The translations under genes were made by a program, and so were the position numbers. A stretch of 64,000 nucleotides of DNA. Source: Gammaproteobacteria bacterium (GTDB lineage: Bacteria > Pseudomonadota > Gammaproteobacteria > SZUA-152). The notes beneath the pieces are model-generated. The model searched no databases. It was not told where the DNA came from and saw only the letters and a list, made by a program, of their open reading frames with translations. Location: NCBI GenBank assembly GCA_013152545.1, contig JAADGF010000096.1, positions 19,110 through 83,109 on the forward strand, in the 5' to 3' direction. Shown piece after piece: positions 10,084 to 18,601 of the stretch (the first letter of the stretch is position 1; each line of letters opens with the position of its first letter).

Positions 10084-10911
10084 TTAACTGTTGAGAGAAC
10101 GGCCACCATCGACATTGATAACATGGCCGGTTGTATATGTACCATCCCGAATTAAAAACAATACCGCACTGGCAATATTGTCCGGGCCACCTCGACGTTT
10201 TAAAAATGTGCGGGAAATAATGCGTTGTTTGGTTACTTCGTCAATCTTGGTTTCTGGCCAAAGGATGGCGCCGGGTGCAACGGCATTGACTCGCACTTTT
10301 GGGCTTAATTCACAGGCCATTGACTTGGTCAGCATCACCAGCCCTGCTTTGGCAATGCTATACACTGGGTATTCTTTTAACGGTCGGTCGGCATGAATGT
10401 CAACAATATTAACAATACAGCCCTGCTGTTGTTTTAAATGCGGTGCTGCCGCTTGTGATAAAAAAAACGGTGCAGATAAGTTTGTGCCAATCAAATCATT
10501 CCACTGGGATTCTGACACACTGCCAACTGGTGTGGCATAAAAGCTGGACGCGTTATTGATAAGCACATCTAATTTACCCCAGGCTGCCGTGGCTTCTTTG
10601 ATAATTGCCGATAATTTTGAGAAGTCTAGCAAATCGGCTTGTATTAATACCACCGAGTTTTTGCGACTAGCATTAAGTTCTGCCTGCAACGTTATCGCTT
10701 TTCCCCGGGAGGAGCGGTAATGCAGGATTAAGTTGGCACCCAAGGTATGTAATGCCCTGGCCATATACGCCCCGAGGCGGTGAGCCCCGCCAGTGATTAA
10801 AATCACTTTTCCAGATAACGTATTGCCTGATGTGTTGTATGGTGGCTCTGTGGTATTCTCCACGTTTTTACCCCTTTGCGGTGGACCAGTGATACTGTAA
10901 CCCAAAGTCAC
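10084..10911 (-). CDS. Pteridine reductase (SDR family)
   Basis: ITGGAHRLG, LINNASSF, YSIAK catalytic motif and VNAVAPG. The real start is probably downstream of the track start. Confidence 0.88.
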   Translation of the reverse strand: MTLGYSITGPPQRGKNVENTTEPPYNTSGNTLSGKVILITGGAHRLGAYMARALHTLGANLILHYRSSRGKAITLQAELNASRKNSVVLIQADLLDFSKLSAIIKEATAAWGKLDVLINNASSFYATPVGSVSESQWNDLIGTNLSAPFFLSQAAAPHLKQQQGCIVNIVDIHADRPLKEYPVYSIAKAGLVMLTKSMACELSPKVRVNAVAPGAILWPETKIDEVTKQRIISRTFLKRRGGPDNIASAVLFLIRDGTYTTGHVINVDGGRSLNS

Positions 10912-10958
10912 TCAAAACTAAAAGCGCTTGTCTTTCACTGCCGATATTAAATAGAAAC

Positions 10959-12173
10959 ATGAATAATAGCTTGAAGCACCAAAATTTACTGAAAAAACAA
11001 TTGCTTCAGTTCCCAGAGCCGGATATTGATGCGCAGCAAAACAGTCAGGCACTTGTTGCACTTATCTGCGATGAAATAGAACGGGAAGGAGGAAAAATCC
11101 CTTTTGAGTGCTTTATGGCGCTTTCTTTAACAGCGCCCGGCCTGGGATATTACAGTGCGGGAAATCAAAAAATAGGCGTTCATGGTGATTTTGTCACGGC
11201 ACCGGAAATTTCCCCATTATTCTCCCGTTGTATTGCCAGCCAGTGCCAACAGGTTCTCAGCCAGCTAGACCAAGCGGGGGAGGCAGCCAATATACTTGAG
11301 TTTGGTGCAGGCACCGGCACCATGGCGGCAGAGATTTTGCTGGAATTGGAACGATTGCAATGTTTACCGCACTGTTATTATATACTGGAAGTAAGCGCCG
11401 ATCTGCAACAGCGCCAGCGTGAAACGATTCGGCGCAGTGCCCCTCATCTTGAAGCTGCCGTTATATGGCTTAAAACTTTACCGCAACAAGATTTTCGGGG
11501 TATTGTTCTCGCCAATGAAGTATTGGATGCGCTACCGGTACATCGATTTTATAAAACCGCCAAAAGTGTCGGTGAGTATTATGTTGCCTGGAATGGTCAG
11601 CAATTCGTTTGGGAACTTGGAGAGATCTGTAGCGACTCCTTAGCGAATGTCATCGATCGCCTAGAGAAAGATCTGCCGGATAATTACCAGTCTGAGGTTA
11701 ACTTAGCGGCAAACGCCTGGGTAGCATCGTTGGCAGATTTTCTTCAGCAAGGCATTGCCTTAATTATTGATTACGGTTTTCCTCAGCGCGAATATTATCA
11801 TGTGCAACGCAGCCAGGGCACATTAATGTGCCACTATCGCCACCGTGCGCATGATGACCCTTTTGTTTACCCGGGTTTGCAGGATATAACGGCGCATGTT
11901 GATTTTACGGCAGTGGCGGAGGCTGCAGCGAATGCGGGGCTTGATGTGGCAGGATACAATACGCAGGGTTTTTTTTTGTTAGCCAATGGGCTGGAGAAAT
12001 TTGTTGGCGTGGCAGATATAAGTGATCCCGAGTATTTGAAAACAATACAACAGATCAAAACCCTGACGATGCCCCATGAAATGGGCGAATTGTTCAAGGT
12101 AATGGCGCTATCGAAGAACTATGATTGTTCGTTGCAAGGATTTCAGTTTCAAGACTTACGCGCGAAGTTGTAA
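10959..12173 (+). CDS. SAM-dependent methyltransferase, MidA/NDUFAF7 family
   Basis: GYYS, GDFVTAPEIS, EFGAGTG, ANEVLDALP, IDYG and QDITAHVDF motifs. Confidence 0.9.
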   Translation: MNNSLKHQNLLKKQLLQFPEPDIDAQQNSQALVALICDEIEREGGKIPFECFMALSLTAPGLGYYSAGNQKIGVHGDFVTAPEISPLFSRCIASQCQQVLSQLDQAGEAANILEFGAGTGTMAAEILLELERLQCLPHCYYILEVSADLQQRQRETIRRSAPHLEAAVIWLKTLPQQDFRGIVLANEVLDALPVHRFYKTAKSVGEYYVAWNGQQFVWELGEICSDSLANVIDRLEKDLPDNYQSEVNLAANAWVASLADFLQQGIALIIDYGFPQREYYHVQRSQGTLMCHYRHRAHDDPFVYPGLQDITAHVDFTAVAEAAANAGLDVAGYNTQGFFLLANGLEKFVGVADISDPEYLKTIQQIKTLTMPHEMGELFKVMALSKNYDCSLQGFQFQDLRAKL

Positions 12174-12196
12174 AACGTTATCATTGGCCAAAAAAT

Positions 12197-12382
12197 GTAA
12201 CTACTCAGTCTAATTGTTGAGTGTGCAGTAACTGCTGAGATTAACGTTGCTTGTTGATTTTGCTTTATGTGCTGCTGATGTGGTTGAAGAGACGGCGAAA
12301 GTGCGGTTTTTACTGCTGTTAATTGTTAATGAGTATTTTTGACGTCGTTACTGAGTAAATCAACGCTACGCTGAGTAGTAAC
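12197..12382. repeat. MITE-like element, family D
   Basis: Ends GTAACTACTCAG and CTGAGTAGTAAC (11/12 inverted match), related to the ends of 16592-16745. Confidence 0.5.
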
Positions 12383-12399
12383 ACGAAAAGAAAATTTAA

Positions 12400-13209
12400 A
12401 TGGATATACTACAAGCTTTTGCCTTAGCGATTTTGCAGGGCCTAACAGAATTTTTACCGATTTCCAGTTCTGCGCATCTTATTCTATTGCCGCAAATTGT
12501 TGATGGCTGGGTGGATCAGGGGCTGGCGTTTGATGTTGCTGTTCATCTGGGAACGTTGAGCGCGGTAATGATTTATTTTCGGAGCGAAATTGTAAGTATG
12601 TCTACCGATTGGGTTGCGTCATTAACGACGCGACAGCATACACCAAACAGTCGTCTTGCCTGGGCGGTTTTGTTAGGTACCATCCCGGTAGGATTGGCCG
12701 GACTGTTTTTTAAAGACTTCATTGAAGTTTATTTGCGTTCGCCCACGGTGATTGCAATTGCCACTGTTTTTTTCGGTTTGTTATTGTGGTGGGCTGATGT
12801 CACAGGTAAACGTCATCGTGATGAATATACGATTGGTTTAATAGATGTGATCGTCATTGGTTGCGCGCAAGCATTAGCATTGATCCCCGGGACTTCGCGT
12901 TCAGGTGCGACTATAACGGCGGCGTTGTTAATGGGAATGACGCGCGAGGCATCTGCACGGTTTTCATTTTTGCTTTCCATTCCAGTGATTATCCTTTCCG
13001 GTGGATTGATTGCGTTGGATTTGGTTAAGCAGGCTGCTCCAGTTGAATGGGGGCTGATGATTATAGGTACTGTCGTCGCGGGTGTTACAGCTTATTTATG
13101 CATTCATTTGTTATTGCAGTTGCTGGAAAAAATGGGCATGTTTCCTTTTGTGCTGTACCGGCTGGTGTTGGGGGCCGTATTGTTCTATTTGTTTGGTTTT
13201 TCGCTGTAA
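12400..13209 (+). CDS. uppP: Undecaprenyl-diphosphate phosphatase
   Basis: QGLTEFLPISSSAH and PGTSRSGAT motifs; polytopic membrane protein. Confidence 0.96.
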   Translation: MDILQAFALAILQGLTEFLPISSSAHLILLPQIVDGWVDQGLAFDVAVHLGTLSAVMIYFRSEIVSMSTDWVASLTTRQHTPNSRLAWAVLLGTIPVGLAGLFFKDFIEVYLRSPTVIAIATVFFGLLLWWADVTGKRHRDEYTIGLIDVIVIGCAQALALIPGTSRSGATITAALLMGMTREASARFSFLLSIPVIILSGGLIALDLVKQAAPVEWGLMIIGTVVAGVTAYLCIHLLLQLLEKMGMFPFVLYRLVLGAVLFYLFGFSL

Positions 13210-13229
13210 AGCCCTAAAATAGTGGTATT

Positions 13230-14030
13230 TTATTGCACTGTTTTTCTTGCTTTTGCTCTTGCGCCTGCCGCTTCTTGGATTGTAAATACGATGGGTTGCC
13301 TGTTTAGCCTCAACATATTCAGCATGTTCATTTTTGTTATAAGCAGACCATTGTTTTCAATCATAGCCACAATTTTTGGCACATTCCATAGCCATCCTGC
13401 TTGATAAAAAATGGTGGCGTCTGGTTTCATGTGTTTTTTTACCTGAGCAAAAAACCGTTCATGCACTTCCCATAAAGCGATACTGTTTTTATCATAAGGA
13501 TAGGAAATGTTAAAAATGATGACGTCAAATTTTTCATTGGCCTTGATGGGGGCAAACAAGTCCCCCTGTCGTACTTCTATTTTGTCAGCAACACCGTGGT
13601 ATATTGCATTATTTTTAGTATTGAGTACTGCGTTGGGGTTTAAGTCGGTGGCAATGACTTTAGTTGCTTTTTCTGCGGCAAAAACAGCTTGTATGCCCGC
13701 GCCAGTGCCGATATCCAATACCTCATCGCCTTCATTGATATGAGTGTTTTCAAGTAAATACAAGCTTTGAACCGAGGGTACGACAGTATCTTTTGTTAGA
13801 AAAAAATCCTTGTTATTGGCTGATACTTTGTAAGTATCCGGGTTGTTCTGTAAGTAGCCGTAATAAATCAGCTCATATTTACCGGGATGTTGGATGATGT
13901 CTCTGAATCCGGTTGTTGGAACACAAGCTGATAACATAATTATTGATGAAATCAATATTGAGAGGAATGAAAAATAGTGTGGTTTGATGCGGATGTTTTG
14001 CATAGGTGTTAATGTCGTATTAAACGACAC
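13230..14030 (-). CDS. Class I SAM methyltransferase (HemK/MTS-like) with predicted lipoprotein signal
   Basis: VLDIGTGAGI motif I, GDLF, and DVIIFNISYP where NPPY normally lies. The N-terminus has basic residues, a hydrophobic run and the lipobox LSAC. Confidence 0.8.
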   Translation of the reverse strand: MSFNTTLTPMQNIRIKPHYFSFLSILISSIIMLSACVPTTGFRDIIQHPGKYELIYYGYLQNNPDTYKVSANNKDFFLTKDTVVPSVQSLYLLENTHINEGDEVLDIGTGAGIQAVFAAEKATKVIATDLNPNAVLNTKNNAIYHGVADKIEVRQGDLFAPIKANEKFDVIIFNISYPYDKNSIALWEVHERFFAQVKKHMKPDATIFYQAGWLWNVPKIVAMIENNGLLITKMNMLNMLRLNRQPIVFTIQEAAGARAKARKTVQ

Positions 14031-14354
14031 TCCAGTTTTATATTGCTAGTTTTATATTGAATGACAGAGACTCTTCAGTTTGGATTTTCAGTTGGCGTTC
14101 GCTGTTGATGTTCACCAATTGATGTTCGCACAATAATAATGTGCTTGCTTAAATGCTATGCCAGCGACACATTTTGCCTTGTTCTTGAGTAAATCAAAAC
14201 TATTTTTATCGTTCTGTCAAGGTTGTTTTTTCTAACCCAGGGCCGATTAGGGTGACACTAGGCACGCCATTTCGGCCTAATGCTCAAGTATCAACCGACC
14301 CGAATGTTGTGCAAAGAATCGGTGGTCAGCTTCAAAACCCGAATCGTGCTGTTG

Positions 14355-14376
14355 GCATGCATGTTAACATGCATGC
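14355..14376. promoter_or_regulatory. Perfect 22-bp palindrome, candidate operator
   Basis: GCATGCATGTTAACATGCATGC is its own reverse complement and lies 46 bp upstream of the EamA start. Confidence 0.5.
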
Positions 14377-14422
14377 TTGGTTATCCCTAAACAACACCAT
14401 AACTTAATGCAAATAAAGATAG

Positions 14423-15328
14423 ATGAGCGCTGAAAACTTACACTTGCTTGGCGGTGGCGCCGCTCTTGCGTCAGCACTATTGTGGGCGATGTCGGCAATG
14501 TTATTCCAACAAGTTGGTCGACATGTTTCAGCCTCGGCAATGAACTTGTTCAAAGGTATTGTTGCTATTCTTTGTATGGGTGTTTTATTATTGCCATCTG
14601 GAATCGCTGAGATGGGCATTAGCAGCGCTGTTTATTTGGCACTCAGTGGCTTGGTCGGCATTTGCTTAGGTGATACGTTGTATTTTCTCACCATTAATCG
14701 GTTGGGTGCACGCCTAACGTTGCTGATTAGTAGTTTGATTCCAGTAGTGACTGCACTGTTTGCCGCGCTACTATTGGGTGAACGCATTGATGCTGTTGCT
14801 TGGTTAGGGCTTTTTTTGACCATAACGGGAGTTACGTTTGTGTTATGGGAACGAACGGTTGGTAGCCCTGGTTTTATGCAGTGGCGTATGGGGTTGGTTT
14901 TGGGGGTGTTATTTGTATTAGCCAATGCGTTAGGTATAATTTTCACCAAAGTTGGTGTGCAATCGCTTCCAGCGCTTGATGCAACTTTCATTCGTACTGT
15001 ATGGGCAGTGGCTGGATTGACGTTTTGGGGCTTGGCCTGTCGTTCATTGTTCAATTGGTGGGGGCCATTGAAAGACAGGGCGACATTCAACCGATTGTTG
15101 CTGGCATCCGTTATCGGAGCATTTGTCGGAACATGGTTGTCTATTGTGGCACTTAAATATACCCATGTGGCTGTGGCGGTAACGCTTAACTCTACAAGTC
15201 CATTATTTATTTTACCCATTGCTGCCTGGGTCTTGAAAGAGCGTATCTCAGTTCGGGCTGTTTCGGGAGCATTGGTTGCTGTAGGTGGTATCGCGTTGTA
15301 TTTTTTCAACTTAACGGAAGGACTCTAA
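14423..15328 (+). CDS. DMT/EamA family transporter
   Basis: About 10 TM segments in two EamA-like repeats, with GDTLYF and LKERIS. Confidence 0.88.
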   Translation: MSAENLHLLGGGAALASALLWAMSAMLFQQVGRHVSASAMNLFKGIVAILCMGVLLLPSGIAEMGISSAVYLALSGLVGICLGDTLYFLTINRLGARLTLLISSLIPVVTALFAALLLGERIDAVAWLGLFLTITGVTFVLWERTVGSPGFMQWRMGLVLGVLFVLANALGIIFTKVGVQSLPALDATFIRTVWAVAGLTFWGLACRSLFNWWGPLKDRATFNRLLLASVIGAFVGTWLSIVALKYTHVAVAVTLNSTSPLFILPIAAWVLKERISVRAVSGALVAVGGIALYFFNLTEGL

Positions 15329-15331
15329 GTT

Positions 15332-16384
15332 ATGGTATTGAGTGAACAGAATGGTCAAAGACGCAATAACACAATAGCTATCATTATATGTGCTATTGTT
15401 TTTTTGGTGGGCGCTAAGTCAGTATATAGTGATGAGTTGATGGATGTGCCCGTCGGCATTTCCCCTGTGATGAGTTCTGCTGCAATGTTTATCGCGAAGG
15501 AGCGGGGGTATTTTGAACAACAGGGACTTAACGTCGTTATTAATCCCTTTAAAGCTTCCGGCGCAAAAATGGTTCCATTCCTGGCAACCGGGCAGTTGTT
15601 AGTGGCTGGTGGTAATATTAATGCGGGGATGTATAACGCCATCGCGCAGGATATTCCTATTAAAATTGTATCAGACAAAGGCACCGTAACGCCAGGGCAT
15701 GGTTATCTGGCGCTTATTGTGCGTAAAGATCACGTTGATAGCGGGCGTTATAAAAGCTTTAAAGACTTAAAAGGCATGACTATGGCAGTGACTGCCAAAG
15801 GTGTTTCACAACAGATAGTGACGGAGTTATATCTTAAAAAAGTCGGGCTGGGTCTGGATGATATTAAGCTCGTGTTTCTTGCTTACCAGGACATGAACAT
15901 TGCTTTGGCCAATAAGTCCATTGATGCCACAATACAAATTGAACCTTTGGTGGCGGCGGCAGTGAATAAAAACTTTGCTGTGCGTGTTGCTGGCGATGAT
16001 GAGGTTTACCCTAATCAACAAAGTGCTGCGATTTTTTACTCACCAGTTTTTATAAAAAACCACCCGGACAAAGCAAAGGCGTTTATGGTGGCTTATGTAA
16101 AAGGCTTGCGGGATTACAATGATGCGTTTGAAAAAAACCAAGGCAAAGACAAAATTATTGATATTTTGATTAAGCATACTCGCATTAAAGACAAATCGAT
16201 TTACCAGAATGTGGTCCCTGTTGGGCTGAGTCCTGATGGCATGGTTAATATACTTAGTCTTAAAAGCGACGCGCGTTGGTATACGGATAAAGGCTATACA
16301 AAGAAATTACCAGATATGGATACTATTGTAGACTTAAGTTTCGCCAGGCATGCCGTTGAAGTATTAGGTCCCTATAAACCCTAG
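15332..16384 (+). CDS. ABC transporter substrate-binding protein (NitT/TauT, NMT1/SsuA-like)
   Basis: Signal peptide, AKERGYFEQQGLNV, DLKGMTMAV and IDATIQIEP. Confidence 0.88.
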   Translation: MVLSEQNGQRRNNTIAIIICAIVFLVGAKSVYSDELMDVPVGISPVMSSAAMFIAKERGYFEQQGLNVVINPFKASGAKMVPFLATGQLLVAGGNINAGMYNAIAQDIPIKIVSDKGTVTPGHGYLALIVRKDHVDSGRYKSFKDLKGMTMAVTAKGVSQQIVTELYLKKVGLGLDDIKLVFLAYQDMNIALANKSIDATIQIEPLVAAAVNKNFAVRVAGDDEVYPNQQSAAIFYSPVFIKNHPDKAKAFMVAYVKGLRDYNDAFEKNQGKDKIIDILIKHTRIKDKSIYQNVVPVGLSPDGMVNILSLKSDARWYTDKGYTKKLPDMDTIVDLSFARHAVEVLGPYKP

Positions 16385-16544
16385 GAAGCTGTCCGGGAAT
16401 AGCAGCCGTTACGAGGGAACGCCACTTTGAGTCCATTTTTTCGATTGCATTTGGCGAATATTGGGCCTATTTAATGTAGTGATCGTAAAACTGGGCCAAT
16501 ATGGCGTTTTGCAGTAGGTTTTCTATTCTCTGACAGGCTCCTAG
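16381..16544 (-). mobile_element. MITE family A, full copy
   Basis: Flanked by CTAG on both sides with imperfect terminal inverted repeats. The reverse complement aligns with 45473-45660 (ACTGC..AAACGCCATATTGGCCCA..ACATTAAATAG..ATGCAATCGAAAAAATGGACTCAAA). Confidence 0.85.
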
Positions 16545-16591
16545 GAGCTTTCCTACTCTCAGGCGGTTGTTCAAAGTAAGTATAAAAAAAC

Positions 16592-16745
16592 GTAACGACT
16601 CAGCCTCATTTTTTAAAGGTACAGTAACGGCCCAGATTGCCTTTGGTTTGTTCAAGAACAAGGAAAAAGCGCGGAGTTTACAGGTGTAAATGAGCACTTT
16701 TGACACAGTAATCGAGCAAATTTAAAGGGTGAGCTGAGTCGTTAC
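16592..16745. mobile_element. MITE-like element, family D
   Basis: Perfect 13-bp terminal inverted repeat GTAACGACTCAGC ... GCTGAGTCGTTAC. Confidence 0.65.
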
Positions 16746-16865
16746 AAAAAACAATGCAAAATCAGGCATGGTATGCCTGGTACGCATCACGATATCGCTC
16801 AGTCACAATTACTCAACTAACGGAGAGTATTCATTTCTATTTACCCGCAAATAACCGGCAAACAG

Positions 16866-17624
16866 TTGTCAACGTCGTTTGATAATAATCAGGACGAGCC
16901 ACAGTTTGCGTATAAAAACCTAAATTTCTCCATCAATGCCCGAGAGTTTTTTTGTGTTGTCGGCCCGAGTGGTTGCGGCAAAACAAGTTTGTTGAGAACA
17001 ATGGCCGGTTTACAGCAATCGACAAGTGGTCATTTGCAGGTAGCTGAGAGAGAGGACGGACAGGTGGCTAATATAGGCATGATCTTTCAGGAGCAGGGTT
17101 TGTTTCCTTGGATGAGTGTCAAGCGTAATGTATCTTTTATTCTGGAAAATAATACTGCCATCGAAAAAAAAACCATTTCTGAAGCCGTTGATGATATTTT
17201 GCAAAAAGTGGGCTTGAGTCTCTATGGCGATTATTATCCGCATCAATTGTCCGGTGGCATGAAGCAGCGAGTCAGTATAGCGCGAGGTTTTGCTAACAGG
17301 TCCGATATATTGTTAATGGACGAACCCTTTGTTTTTTTAGACTTTCAAACACGCCTGAAGCTTCAGTCTTTGTTATTGTCGTTGTGGCAATCCGACAAAA
17401 AAACTGTTGTATTTGTGACCCATGATATTGAAGAGGCTGTGCTGTTAGCCGATCGAGTAATGATTATGTCGTCTAGTCCGGGCTCTATCAAGGAAGTTAT
17501 TAGCATTGATTTACCACGACCAAGAGATATTTTTAAACTTAAAGAATCAAATGATTATATTGCGTATGTAAAAAAAGTGATGCAGGTTCTCGATATTGAG
17601 CTGAGCTTGCTTGAGTCTGAATGA
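16866..17624 (+). CDS. ABC transporter ATP-binding protein (NitT/TauT)
   Basis: GPSGCGKT, LSGGMKQR, LLMDEPF and VTHD motifs. The frame is open upstream to 16821, so the true start may be earlier. Confidence 0.93.
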   Translation: MSTSFDNNQDEPQFAYKNLNFSINAREFFCVVGPSGCGKTSLLRTMAGLQQSTSGHLQVAEREDGQVANIGMIFQEQGLFPWMSVKRNVSFILENNTAIEKKTISEAVDDILQKVGLSLYGDYYPHQLSGGMKQRVSIARGFANRSDILLMDEPFVFLDFQTRLKLQSLLLSLWQSDKKTVVFVTHDIEEAVLLADRVMIMSSSPGSIKEVISIDLPRPRDIFKLKESNDYIAYVKKVMQVLDIELSLLESE

Positions 17625-18394
17625 TGGGGCAGTCAAAAAAAGATTTTCAGCGATTATTTATTTATACTCTGTCGCCTGTTGCATTGTTATTAGTATGGGA
17701 GATGCTGGCGCGTACCGGCGCAATCGATGCGCGTTTTTTTCCAGCTCCCAGTAGTATTATTTATCATTTATTATTCGTAAGTCCCAGTGAAGGTATATTG
17801 ACAGATATACAGTATAGCGTTTATCGAATAAGTGTTGGTTATGTATTGGGATGTTTGATTGGCATGACACTTGGAATTGCAATGGGTTTGTCGAAAGCGG
17901 TGCGGCTGATGTTTTATCCGATCATTATTGCTACCTACCCCATTCCTAAGATCGCTATTTTGCCACTTATTATGCTGATTTTTGGTATTGGTGAAATGTC
18001 GAAGATAGTGGTGGTTGCCATCGGTTGTTTCTTTTTGGTATTAATCAATACATTGCACGGTGTTGATAGTTTGGAAAAAATATACCGGGATGTTGCCGCA
18101 GTCTATAAAATTACAAAGCGTAACTTCATTTTCAGTATTGCATTTCCTCGTGCCTTACCGTCGATTTTTACGGGTTTGAAATTGGCAATAGGGTATAGTT
18201 TGGTCATTGTAGTTGCGGCGGAATTTTCTGGTGCAGACAAAGGCATTGGTTACCTGATTTGGCAATCATGGGAGACTTTTTCAATTAAATCCATGTATGC
18301 CGGGATATTTGTGATTGGTTTACTGGGCTTTTTATTTTCATATAGCCTGGACCTGTTGGAACGGCGTTTGATACCCTGGCTCGAAAAACAATAA
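17621..18394 (+). CDS. ABC transporter permease (NitT/TauT, SsuC-like)
   Basis: PIPKIAILP, ALPSIFTGLK and VVAAEF motifs; 4-nt overlap with the ATPase. Confidence 0.92.
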   Translation: MMGQSKKDFQRLFIYTLSPVALLLVWEMLARTGAIDARFFPAPSSIIYHLLFVSPSEGILTDIQYSVYRISVGYVLGCLIGMTLGIAMGLSKAVRLMFYPIIIATYPIPKIAILPLIMLIFGIGEMSKIVVVAIGCFFLVLINTLHGVDSLEKIYRDVAAVYKITKRNFIFSIAFPRALPSIFTGLKLAIGYSLVIVVAAEFSGADKGIGYLIWQSWETFSIKSMYAGIFVIGLLGFLFSYSLDLLERRLIPWLEKQ

Positions 18395-18601
18395 TCTATT
18401 TTGCTCAGGTGCTGCCATGCGATCAATGTCATCCCGACTCTGCATTTCTTAACCACTTAATGTTCTAATCACCTTGAGTATATAGGCGGCATTGTTGTTC
18501 ATGCCGCCAAATGCAGACAAATTTTAATGGCTGAATGGTACGCTTGTGTAGGGTGGTGGTGGCCCGGGTTATTACTTAGGAACGTGCATGGGGTTCCTTT
18601 A

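Noticed and set aside
14632-15309. Long antisense ORFs (14632-15309, 3229-3699, 51679-52416, 53152-53565 and similar)
   Set aside because: They are shadows on the opposite strand of well-supported genes and have no motifs of their own.
16467-16706. ORFs 16467-16706 (-) and 39299-39541 (-)
   Set aside because: They run through MITE sequence or antisense to a real gene, so they are by-products of the repeats.
18485-18508. Hairpin GGCGGCAT/ATGCCGCC between the ABC permease and the radical SAM gene
   Set aside because: No U-tract on either strand, so it was not called as a terminator.
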